This document shows, piece after piece, positions 26,826 through 39,068 of a stretch of 64,000 nucleotides of DNA. The notes beneath the pieces were generated by a model. The model was given only the letters and a program-made list of their open reading frames with translations. It had not been told where the DNA came from and did not search any database. A program made the translations under genes and the position numbers. Origin of the DNA: Heptranchias perlo (lineage: Eukaryota). The stretch covers positions 23,002,001 through 23,066,000 of the forward strand of contig NC_090334.1 of NCBI RefSeq assembly GCF_035084215.1. The letters are read 5' to 3'. Numbering within the stretch: position 1 is the stretch's first letter; every line of letters starts with the position of its first letter.

Positions 26826-27991
26826 GAATCAAGCTGAATATAAAAAGTAAAGGGGAGAACTGAAAAAGGAAATAAGAAGGACAAAGAACATGTACGAGAG
26901 TAGATTAGCAGGTAACATAAAAGGGAACTCAAAAGTTTTTTTTATGAACATATAAATAGTAAACGGGTAGTCAAAGGAAGGGAGGGACAAAAAAGGAGAT
27001 CGACTTGTGGAGGCAGAGGGCATGGCTGAGATACTAAATGAGTCCTTTGCATCTGTCTTCACAAAAGAAGATGATGCTGCCACTTTCACAGTAAAGGAGG
27101 AGGAAGTAGAAAAATTGGATCGGATAAAAATAGATAAAGAGGAGGCACTTAAACGGTTGGCTGCGCTCAAAGTAGAAAAGTCAGCTGGTCCGGATGGGAT
27201 GCATCCTAGGTTACTGAGGGAAGTAAGGGTGGAAAATGTGGAGGCTCTGGTCACAATCTTCCAATCTTCACGAGATATGGGAGTGGTATCAGAGGACTGG
27301 TGGATTGCAAATGTTACACCTCTGTTCAGAAAAGGAGAGATGAATAAACCCAGCAATTACTGGCCAGTCAGCCCAACATCGGTGGTGGGGAAACTTTTCG
27401 AGACATTAATCCGGGACAAAATTAATTGGCCCTTAGAAAAATATGGGTTATTAATTGAAGAGAAGTTAAGGATAGTATTGATAGTAAGGATAGTAGTATG
27501 GGCTAATAAATGGAAGCCAGCACGGATTTGTTAAAGGCAAATCATGTATGACTAACTAGATTGAGTTCTTTGATGAAGTAACAGAGAGGATTGATGAGGG
27601 TAGTACGGTTGATGTTGTGCATATGGACTTTCAAAAGGCGTTTGATAAAATACCACATAATAGACTTGATGGCAAAATTGAAGCCCATGGGATTAAATGG
27701 GCAGTTGCTGCGTGGATACAAAATTGGCTAAAGGACAGAAAACAGAGAGTAGTGATGAATGGTTGTTTTTCAGACTGGAGAGAAGTTTGCAGTGGTGTCC
27801 CCCAGGGGTCAGTATTAGGACCACTGCTCTTTTTGGTATATTTTAATAACCTGGACTTGGGTATACAGGGTATAATTTCAAAGTTTGCAGATGAAAGAAA
27901 ACTTGGAAATGTAGTTAACAGTGAGGAGGATAGTAACAGACTTCAGGAGGACGTAGACAGGCTGGTGAAATGGACAGACACATGGCAGATG
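26826..27991 (+). mobile_element. CR1 ORF2 fragment (5' part of a composite)
   Basis: AEILNESFASVFTKED, GPDGMHPRLLRE, MDFQKAFDKIPH and GVPQGSVLGP motifs. Confidence 0.93.
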
Positions 27992-28700
27992 TGGCGGAAT
28001 CCAGCACATGAGTGCAAAAGACAAAGCTGAAGCGTTTGCAACCGTCTTCAGCCAGAAGTGCCGAGTGGATGATCCATCTCGGCCTCCTCCCGTTATCCCC
28101 ACCATCACAGAAGCCAGTCTTCAGCCAATTTGATTCACTCCATGTGATATCAAGAAACGGCTGAGTGCACTGGATACAGCAAAGGCTATGGGCCCCGACA
28201 ACATCCCAGCTGTAGTGCTGAAGACTTGTGCTCCAGAACGAGCCACGCCTCTAGCCAAACTGTTCCAGTGCAGCTACAACACTGGCATCTACCCGACAAA
28301 GTGGAAAATTGCCCAGGTAAGTCCTGCCCACAAAAAGCAAAACACATCCAATCCGGCCAATTACCACCCCATCAGTCCACTCTCAATCATCAGCAAAGTG
28401 ATGGAAGGTGGCGTCGACAGTGCTATCAAGTGGCACTTACTTACCAATAACCTGCTCACCGATACTCATTTTGGGTTCTGCCAGGACTGCTTGGCTCCAG
28501 ACCTCATTACAGCCTTGGTCCAAAGATGGACAAAAGAGCTGAATTCCAGAGGTGAGGTGAGAGTGACTGCCCTTGACATCAAGAAGCCCGAGTAAAATTG
28601 AAGTCAATGGGAATCAGGGGGAAAACTCTCCAGTGGCTGGAGTCATACCTGGCACAAAGGAAGATGGTAGTGGTTGTTGGAGGCCAATCAGCTCAGCCCC
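27992..28700 (+). mobile_element. RT fragment of a second LINE family (CR1/L2/jockey group, clade not determined)
   Basis: GPDNIPAVVLKTCAPE..PLAKLFQ, NPANYHPISPLSIISKVME, VTALDIK and GIRGKTLQWLESYL. Confidence 0.85.
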
Positions 28701-29295
28701 AGAATGGTACCAGGGATGAAAGACTTCAGTTACATGGAGAGTCTAGAGAAACTGGGGATGGTCTCCTTAGAGCAGAGAAGGTTAAGAGAAGATTTGATAG
28801 AGGTGTTCAAAATCATGAAGAGTTTTGATAGAGTAAATAAGGAGAAACTGTTTACAGGGGCAGAAGGATCAGTAACCAGAGCACACTTTTAGAAGAATGA
28901 GAGGCGATCTCATTGAAACATATAAGATTCTGAGGGGGCTTGACAGGGTAAATGCTGAGAGGTTGTTTCCCCTGGCTGGCGAGTCTAGGGCTCGGGGGCA
29001 TAGTCTCAGGATAAGGGGTCAGCCATTTAAGACTGAGATGAGGAGGAATTTCTTCACTGAGGGTTCTGAATCTTTGGAATTCTCTACCCTAAGAGGGCTG
29101 TGAATGCTGAGTCATTGAGCATATTTAAGACTGAGATCGATAGATTTTTGGACTTTAGAGGAATCAAGGGATATGGGGATTGGGCGGAAAAGTGGAGTTG
29201 AGGCCAAAGATCAGGCATGATCTTATTGAATGGCGGAGCAGGCTCGAGGGGCCGTATGGCCTACACCTGCTCCTATTTCTTATGTTCTCATGTTC
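28701..29295 (+). mobile_element. Two fused CR1 3' fragments of different subfamilies (junction about 28889)
   Basis: RMVPGMKDFSY...EGSVTRAH is followed by a restart at RRMRGDLIETYKIL, then the tail. Confidence 0.87.
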
Positions 29296-30149
29296 CATGA
29301 GGTGCTTAGAATCAAAAGATTTAGTAAATATGGGAAAAGGAGCTTCATGAAGTATTTAAGACGTGTACATTGAAAACTTCTTTAGTAAGTTGTATAATTA
29401 AAATCTTCTATGTACTTAGAATAAATTTCTTTGAAGGTAAGCTTTAGAGTCATTTTGTTATTTAAAAGTGGGCAATACATCAATTAATTATAGACAGCAG
29501 CTCCATTTCAATAATGTAGGAGATTGGAACCAAAACATGGAACTTTCTGGAAATTCAGGAAGATGAAATTAATGACACGACCAAAAATCGAGAAAGAAAT
29601 GTTTAACTGGAAAATGCATTGCAAATTTACAACACTGTCTAAACTCTAATCCTCCTCAGCTGGTGACTTGCCATCAGTCAGAGTATGACTAACTGAAAGG
29701 TCATGTGTTACCAGGTGGGGGGGAACGTGCTCATGAACATTTGTGTTCGTGAGAATACTGCAAGTAACTTTATAAAAGGTTTGAGTTTCCACTGTAATTT
29801 TCAATACAATTCTATTTTGTTTTAATTTTCCATTCTGTTGGCAGCAGGGAGAATTTGTAATTTAGTGCTGCATGTTCATTCCTGCTTCAGGACGATCTGG
29901 TCATCTCAAAAATGAACACTTTGGCCAGATTTTAAACAAGCTTGATAAGCATCCTCCCCTCATCAGACACATTTGAATGTATCCATATGTGATGCTCGTG
30001 CATCTGAAATAATACAGGGAAGTGAATTTTGTGTGACAATTTTCTCCGAATCTTTCCTCTGTTTTTGGCCTTTTTTTTCAAAGAAGATATTTTGCAATGG
30101 AAAATATCAATAGTATTCCCATTCTGGTCATTTGAGGGGCAGTGGAATG

Positions 30150-31470
30150 GAAAGAGTACTTGAATATTAAGAAGCACCAGGACCAGATGGAATATATCCA
30201 AGAGTATTGAAGGAAATTAAGGTAGAAATAGAGCAGAATTGTTTTCTGGCTCATTGGATACAAGGGTGGTACCAGAAACCCTGAGAAATGATTAACGTTA
30301 TTCTAGCCTTTTGAAAAGAAATTATTTAGAAGCATGATGTTGGAAATTATAAGCCTGTTAACTTGACAGAATTGCCAAAGTGTCTCGTAAAAGAAGCAAT
30401 TCAAAGGGATTCAATAAGCATAAAGGGAATAATTCCAAGCCACGTTAGTTTATGAAAGGCATCTTGTGCCTAATAAATTGATTAGAATCCTGTAACTGAA
30501 TTGATGGATGGAGATAATGTGGTTCATGGTAAGTTTTTTGACTTTCAGAAAGCAGTTGATTGAGTACCTCACAAGAGACTTGTGGCGAAATTGGAAGCAG
30601 ATGCAATAAAAGGAAAAGTTGTAAATCAGATAATGAATTGACGAGACAAGGGGAAACAAATGGGAGTGATCAGTGATGGTGGAAATTATTCCAGAGCCAT
30701 GGCCCATTGTGGGAGAAGCATCGTGAGGTTGCTAAGTGGAAGCTAGATTTTTAAGACTGGAAGTCCAAGTAGTTTGAGCTCAGGTGGTGTTTGATATTGC
30801 AGAATGTAAGATACTATGCATTGTTGCAGTAGTAAATGCGATTGCAAAATTAATGGTATATTGCCAAATAAATGGATAAGCTGCATGTGATGAGTGACCA
30901 AACATTGAAAGCATCAGCCCAATGCATGATGTGAAAGAAGTTGTAAGCTGCAATGTCAGTGTACAAGTGTGAGTGTGTATTATGTTGATTTGTAGAATGC
31001 AAGATCCAAGGAGGTGAGACTGATAGTCTATGTGACATTTGTGAGCTGACTAATCATATTAAACACAAAATAGTGATCACTGTATTGTGAGAAGACGCAG
31101 AGCGAAAAACAAGTCTCAAAATGTAACGGAAGTCATTCTGAGTTTCCGAGCAATGAAGGGAGGCTTAAAAAGTTAAATCTTGTGGAGGAACAGGATTAAA
31201 GGCGGACCTTGACCCAACTTTAAAAAACACAAGGGAACTAATAAATTGCATAGAGTGAAGCAGCAAATTAAGTGTAACTAAAGAATAAATATTGTGGAAT
31301 TATAGTTGTTAAGCTGATGAATAAACGTCCCAGCGCAATGAGTGTTGACTTTGTTCAAACATTTTAAAAGAAAATAAAAACTGACTCTTGATTCAACAGG
31401 AAGAGAAGGGATTGAATTGAGGCAGAAGAACGGGAGGGATTAGACATTCATGGGTGAAGGCCGCTCCTGC
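30150..31470 (+). mobile_element. Ancient, highly degraded CR1-like LINE
   Basis: Remnants such as ggaaattataagcctgttaacttgac (GNYKPVNL) and gactttcagaaagcagttgat (DFQKA). Confidence 0.55.
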
Positions 31471-31969
31471 ACAGAGATTTTGAGCACCAATTCGTTTTAC
31501 CCTAAGTTCCTCACACCTGACCTTTCAGTATTGATTATATTGCTTTGGGGAGATTTCAAGCAAAGACCAGTTCCCCATAGGAAAGGAGGCCCAGGAGGGA
31601 AAGTCAAGCTGGGCTGCTCTGATAAACATTCCTCAGTCGACAGTTTGAAAATGGTATTGAAGGAAATGTAGAAGATTGACCATAGGAAGAAGGGGGAGAG
31701 GGGAGAAATTACAATTATCTTTTTAAAAAAAAAGTGCACAAAGGTGCAGTAAAGGAACTTGAAAAAACAGATAAACTGGAAGTTCTTGTCTTCCTATATT
31801 TTTATTTTTTATATATTACCTCAGACTTCAACCAGGTTTCAGGATGGCCCCTTCTTTATCAAAGGGGTATGCTCAGAACCGTGTCAATGTTCTGTTTGCA
31901 AGGAGAGATGAGTTGCCTCATAAACTTAAGCTCACTGTTGAATTTTCACCAAAATTGACAATTGATTTT

Positions 31970-34570
31970 CTCTCATCTAATGGGGCTAATGTCCTTGTGG
32001 GGAGGTTAACTAGTGCTGTGGTGGAGGGTTTAAACTAATTTGGCAGGGGGTTGCGCACCAGGATGAAACATTAGAGAGAAGAAACCAGGTGCACAGAGGA
32101 CGGGAGGGACAAACAGCACTCAAGTCAAGAAGAATTCAGAAATAGGAGGGATCAGACAGAGGGAAAATGTGAGGCAATCTAAGATGAGTTCAGAGTGCAT
32201 GCATGTAAATGCACATAGCATGGTAAATAAGGTTGGTGAGCTGCAGGCTCAAGTCGCCAAATGGGACTATGATGTAATGGCAATAACAAAGACCTGGCTC
32301 AAAGAACAAGAGAACCAGGCTGAAAGTACAGAGGAGATCTAAAAAAGGGAATTAAAGGGGCAAAGAGAGAGCATGAGAATAGATTAGCAGCTAACATAAA
32401 AGGGAACCCAAGAGTTTTTTTATAAACATACAAATAGTAAAAAGGTTGTCAAAGGAAGGGTGGGACCAATTGGGGACAAAAGAGGAGATCTTCTTGTGGA
32501 GCCAGAGGGCATGTCTGAGGTACTAAATGAATACTTCGCATCCATCTTCACGAGAGAAGAAGATGCTGCCATTGTAGCAGTAAAGGAGGAGGCAGTCGCG
32601 ATATTGGATAGGATAAAAATAGATAGAGGAGATACTTAAAAGATTGGCACTGCTCAAAGTAGAAAAGTCACCCGGTCCAGATGGGATACATCCTCGGTTA
32701 CTGAGGGAAAAAAGGGTGGAAATTACGGAGGCTCTGGCCACAATCTTCCAATCCTCCTTAGAAATGTTGATGGTGCCGGAGGACTGAAGGATTGTAAATG
32801 TTACACTTCTGTTCAAAAAAGGGGAAAGGGATAAACCCAGTATTTACAGGCCAGTCAGCCTAACGTCGATGGTGGGGAAACTTTTGGAGACAATAATCCG
32901 GGACAAAATGAATTGGCACTTGGGAAAGTATGGGCTAAAAAATGAAAGTCAGCATGTTAAAGGAAAATCATGTTTGACTCACTTGAGTGAGTTCATTGAT
33001 GAGAGTAGTCCGGTTGATGAGAGTAGTGCAGTTGATGTTGTGTTTTTTTTTAATTCATTCATGGGATGTGGGCGTCGCTGGCGAGGCCGGCATTTATTGC
33101 CCATCCCTAATTGCCCTTGAGAAGGTGGTGGTGAGCTGCGTTCTTGAACTGCTGCAGTCCGTGTGGTGAAGGTTCTCCCACAGTACTGTTAGGTACGGAT
33201 TTCCAGGATTTTGACCCAGCGACGATGAAGGAACGGCGATATATTTCAAGTCAGGATGATGTGTGACTTGGAGGGGAACGTGCAGGTGGTGGTGTTCCCA
33301 TGAGCCTGCTGCCCTTGTCCTTCTAGGTGGTGGAGGTCACGGATTTGGGAGGTGCTGTCGAAGAAGCTTTGGCGAGTTGCTGCAGTGCATCCTGTGGAAG
33401 GTACACACTGCAGCCACAGTGTGTTTAAGGTGGTGGATGGGGTACCAATCAAGCGGGCTGCTTTGTCCTGGATGGTGTTGAGCTTCTTGAGTGTTGTTGG
33501 AGCTGCACTTATCCAGGCAAGTGGAGAGTATTCCATCACACTCCTGACTTGTGCCTTGTAGATGGTGGAAAGGATCTGGGAAGTCAGGAGGTGAGTCACT
33601 CGCCACAGAATACTCAGCCTGTGACCTGCTCTTGTAGCCATAGTATTTATGTGGCTAATCCAGTTAAGTTTCTGGTCAATGGTGACCCCCAGGATGTTGA
33701 TGGTGGGGAATTCAGCGACAGTAATGCCATTGAATGTCAAGAGGAGGTGGTTGGACTCTCTTGTTGGAGATGGTCATTGCCTGGAACTTGTCTGGCCTGA
33801 ATGTTACTTGCCACTTATCAGGCCAAGCTTGAATGTTGTCCAGGTCTTGCTGCATGCGGGCACAGACTGCTTCATTATCTGTGGAGTTGCATATTCTGTA
33901 TATGGACTTTCAAAAGACATTTGATAAAATAGCCTTGTTAGCAAAATTAAAGCCCATGGGATTAAAGGGACAGTGGCAGCGTGGATGCAGATTGGCTAGA
34001 GGACTAAAAGCAGAGAGTAGTGGTGAACGGTTGTTTTTCAGACTGGAGGGAAGTATACAGTGATGTTCCCAGGGGGTCAGTATTAGGACCACTGCTCTTT
34101 TTGATAAACATTAATGACCTGGACTTGGGTATGGAGGGTATAATTTCAAAGATTGCAGATGACACGAAACATTGAAATGTAGTCAATAATGTGGAGGATA
34201 GCAACAGACTTCAGGAGGACATTGACAGACTGGTGAAATGGGCAGACACATGGCAGATGAAATTTAATGCAGAGAAGTGTGAAGTGATGCATTTTGGTCG
34301 GAAGAATGAGCCAAAGAGCCAGAGGCGACAGGAGGAAACATTCTTTTACACAGTGAGTTGTAATGATCTGGAATGCACTGCCTGAAAGGGTGGTGGAAGC
34401 AGATTCAATAGTAAGTTTCAAAAAGGAATCAGATAAATATTTGAAAGGAAAATATTTACAGGGTTATGGGGAAAGAGCAGGGGAATGGGACTAATTGAAT
34501 AGCTCTTTCCAAGAGCCAGCACAGGCACGATGGGCCAAATGGCCTCCTCCCGTGCTGTACCTACTATGAA
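31970..34570 (+). mobile_element. Internally deleted CR1 (ORF1 end, endonuclease start, RT, tail) interrupted by another LINE
   Basis: GANVLVGRLTSAVVEGLN*, NAHSMVNKVGELQAQVAKWDYDVMAITKTWL, RT motifs and tail. Confidence 0.88.
33043..33893 (-). mobile_element. 3' fragment of the second LINE family with poly(A), nested in CR1
   Basis: ILGVTIDQKLNWISHI and YKAQVRSVMEYSPLAW; T-run at 33043. Confidence 0.9.
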
Positions 34571-34911
34571 CTGCTGAATGAATGATTAAATGGATTGCAG
34601 TTAAAAAGGTTCACAAAAGAGGTCTCTTCAATTTTATTTTGTTGAATACTGATTGATGCATAATCCAGATTTAAGGCCAATAACTCCTGATATGAAGCAT
34701 GACTTATGCACTTCTTAATGTTTTGTGGTAAGAGCAGAGTGCTACGGTACCCATTAAATGATGTACAGTTTGCAATGTGATAGATTGGTGCCCATTTGTA
34801 CTGGTACACTCAAATACAATTTGTGCTCAGTACCCACTCACACCAGGTCAAAATGGTGCTACTACAAGCCTGAAGAAATAAAATGAGAACTGCCACCTCC
34901 AAGCCACATTA

Positions 34912-35935
34912 TAGGAACATCGGAACAGGAGTAGGCCATTCAGCCCCTCGTGCCTGCTCCGTCATTTGATAAGATCATGGCCGACCTGTGATCTAACTCC
35001 ATATACCTGCCTTTAGCTCATATCCCTTAATACCTTTGGTTGCCAAAAAGCTATCTATCTCAGATTTAAATTTAGCAATTGAGCTAGTATCAATTGCCGT
35101 TTGTGGAAGAGAGTTCTAAACTTCGACCACCCTTTGTGTGTAGAAATGTTTTCTAATCTCGCTCCTGAAAGGTCTGGCTCTCATTTTTAGACTGTGCCCC
35201 CTACTCCTAGAATCCCCAACCAGCGGAAATAGTTTCTCTCTATCCACCCTATCTGTTCCCCTTAATACCTTAGAAACTTCGATCAGATCACCCCTTAACC
35301 TTCTAAACTCCAGAGAATACAAACCCAATTTGTGTAATCTCTCCTCATAACTTAACCCTTGAAGTCCAGGTATCATTCTAGTAAACCTACGCTGCACTCC
35401 CTCCAAGGCCAATATGTCCTTCCGAAGGTGCGGTGCCCAGAATTGCTCACAGTACTCCAGGTGCGGTCTAACCAGGGTTTTGTATAGCTGCAGCATAACT
35501 TCTGCCCCCTTGTACTCTAGTCCTCTCGATATAAAGGCCAGCATTCCGTTAGCCTTCTTGATTATTTTCTGCACCTGTTCATGACACTTCAATGATCTGT
35601 GTACTTGTACCCCTAAGTCCCTTTGGACATTCACTGTTTTTAACTTTTTACCATTTAGAAAGTACCCTGTTCTATCCTTTTTTGATCCAAAGTGGATGAC
35701 CTCACATTTGTCTGTATTGAATTCCATTTGCCACAGTTTTGCCCATTCACCTAATCTATCAATATCCCTTTGTAATATTATGTTTTCATCTACACTGCTT
35801 ACAATGCCACCAATCTTTGTGTCATCGGCAAACTTAGATATGAGACTTTCTATGCCTTCATCTAAGTCGTTAATAAATATTGTGAATAATTGAGGCCCCA
35901 AGACAGATCCCTGCGGGACTCCACTGGTCACATCC
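34912..35935 (-). mobile_element. Young CR1 3' fragment (273-aa open frame)
   Basis: [24 protein letters not shown]...FADDTKIGG...LVRPHLEYCEQFW. Confidence 0.95.
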
Positions 35936-38900
35936 AAAAAAGTGATGCTTTTGCTTCAGGCGATTTAGTATGACCTGCCCAATTCATGGACTTGCTTAAT
36001 ATCCGGGAACTTACTGAAAAGCTTTCATGCTCCAAGTGTCGTGGTTTCCACCAATGAATTATTTCTTGCACAAGCTGTTGCTCAACAATTTTCATGCAGT
36101 TGTGCATGAGCTGCAAAGAAAAAAGATTAATCTCACTGTTCGTTGCCAGCTGTTATGTCGCCTTCCCATATTTATTTTTCTCCAATATTTATTTTGATTG
36201 AAACAAAATCATAAAAGGCAAGTAAATGCATGGCCACTTCCACAGACAGTTTCTCCAACTCAATAATGGGCATCACTCATGTTAAACCCTAAATCAAAAG
36301 AGAACGAGGCAGCTGAACATGCAGTGCTGCAGAGACTGAGCAGGCTAATGAGGAGTAACATCATGTAACGATTTGGTCCCAGATAGGAGCTATATAAGCA
36401 TGCATGCCATGCTTTAAACACTATGCTTTCACTCTTCCACAGGAGGAAACTCTGTCTTCACTCGTTTTGGCTTATTCTCAGCACACAAAAACAGTAATTA
36501 TTAAATGCTCCCTTATTTAACATGACAAAGATTGAAATATGACCCACCCACACAGAACCATAACTCAGGGCTCTCAGGATTATCAAATGTATTAAAAAAC
36601 AATTAGTGTCTGCTTCCATAACTGTGGCTGAGTCCCAGTTTATGCCTCCAGCTTGCTGCTCTTCTCTTACAAAGTCTCTAGTGTTGCTGCACTGCAAACT
36701 TGTGGTAGCTGCCTTCGGATTCCTTGCTGTTTTTTTTTTCCTTTTTCCCACGTTACAAATCCAGCTTTTAAAAGCCATTCTTTCAAATTGTTACATTACA
36801 CATATCATTTGCTTGGCTGAGTCACTTGGCAAAGTCAAGATGCTGCTGAGATGAGTCCTCGGTCCAATCAATTCTTCATTGCCATCAGATTTTCCCATTC
36901 TTACCCATCAGTGGTCTTTACTTGATGGCACGCAGTCATAGATCCACAAGCGTTATGTCACTCGAACCAACTTGCCAAGTGGCCTTTGGCGTGCCAGGAA
37001 GTACAGCTTGCTGAAGCATTTTAATTCATTTCTTCATTTAAAAATGTTTTTCTTCCCCTGTCCCCAACCCCCCCCCTCCCCCCCCCCCCCCTCCCTGTAA
37101 TCCCCAAGTTTAAGTTAGTCCCCTGGCCATACACTATTACAGCAACACCTTAGAAGGAAGAAAGAACTTGCACTTTTATTTATATCCTGCCTTTCACGGC
37201 CTCAGGATGTCTCAAAGTGCTTTACAGTCAATGTGAAAAGCCATCATGGTTTATTGCTCCCAGTTGATCTTCATTACCTCCTTGCCCACTGTGTTTGCCA
37301 GTTATGTTCTCAATCCCAATATTTTTCGATGGGTTGTTTTCCTGTGATCACCACTGGATGTGTATCCTCAATGTGATAGGGACAGCATTGTCGCAGCATT
37401 CACGGTAACTTGCGTTGACCAATTGTTCCCCTTAAACACACTTAATTTCCTGCTGCAATTTTCTCCTTGAGAAACAGATTCATGCTGGTGTAGGATTGCC
37501 AGGAACCCTCCACTATCTTAGCCGACTGGTCATTGTTTAGTGTGGACATTGAGTGTCAGCACGATATTTGACCGTGGGAACATCAGGGCAGAGTCTGATT
37601 CTGTCCTTATCTGACGTCCACACACTTCCACTATCTGGCAGGGTTCACCAGAGAACAAACCTGGGGTCTTTCTAGTCTGTACACTGGACATTGCATTTGT
37701 CAACTGGGGACCCACAAATAAACTGACGTTTTTCATGACATAGTTTTGATGCGATTGTTAGATTTGTCATCCATTTTGTTAAGAGGTCCAACTCGTTAAC
37801 ACTGACAGCCTTCGTGCACTATCTTGAGGATCAGAAACCACTTATTCATACGTGGCTGGGAGTGGGATTCTATGTTGGACAGCTGCGTGTTTTCATTACA
37901 GTGGAGCATTAGTGATAATTGTAGTAACACTGATCAATAAGTCAAATTGAAGGGCAGAAGTGTAAATATCTAGACAGAGAAAAGAAAAACTGGCCTGTAA
38001 TTCTTCATAATATATAATAAAGCTGCAAAAATGGTATTGAATAAATAGATTATTCTGCATTGTGTCACCATGACTTCATACATATTCATGGTTGTCTGAT
38101 CATATGTTGCTATGTACCTCAATATTAGATTATTGTTATGGTTCCACAGTTATTGCTGTCTAGAGGGAGAACCATGATCCATGAAGTAATTTACAGCTCC
38201 ACAATGCCTGCCTGTACTGATGGGACTGATGGTTGCCAGGGGGTGCCCGCTGAATCGGCAATAACATTATTTTTCATCTCCAAGGCTCGCAGATACATCA
38301 AGAGAGAAAGGACACCTGCTGCCATCAGTGGCAATCCCCTCACATGAAGTAATTCTAAATAGAAGCAGGCTATAACCTATCAGTCAAGAAACTAAATGCA
38401 TTGTAGTTAACTGAACAGCTGATTCAATAGGGCACAATCTGATGCAGGTAACGGTATTTGATCCTGATGAATTTTGAGTTTGTCAGAATCTTCTCTAGTT
38501 AATTAGAACCATTTTGTTCTTGAGTGTACTGCAGGCTTTGTTTTTCTAAGTTGTATGTACCTCGAGAGAAGGTGTTAGAACTGAGCTTCAGCTATAGATT
38601 TTGTCGTTTGTAATGCCTTGTAAGCCGTTCCTTGTTTAACATCTGTTAAGATGTTGTCCTCAGAGACTTTGTAAGTTTGAATGAAGTAATTAGAAGACCA
38701 CAAGGAGGTGACTTGTTTTGCGATGGGAGAATTTACAATCTTTGCTGTGTGAACTTCACTTGTACAGAAGTACCTTCTGGTAGAGAAACAGATCATCTCA
38801 GTCATTAAGTCAACTCTGACACACAGGTTTATAACATCCTCCAAACATTTTCTGTTTCGTTTCTTGGCAAACTTTTGCACATTTTATTTCTATGTACTCT

Positions 38901-39068
38901 GTTAATTTAACCATTTAAGATTTTTTACCCCCAGCTACACAAGCCATGCTGAAGGAACTGGCTACCAGACCTTGGGTCTGGCTCAGTGTAAAAGTAGTTG
39001 TTGTGTGTGGGCTCACACATGTAATAATAGCCACTTAAATCTGGCACGGGAAAACTGTTGACTTCTAT

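Noticed and set aside
29935-29972. Minus-strand ctgatga...aagcttg hammerhead-like motif
   Set aside because: The GAAA core and stem II are not intact; at best a dead relic.
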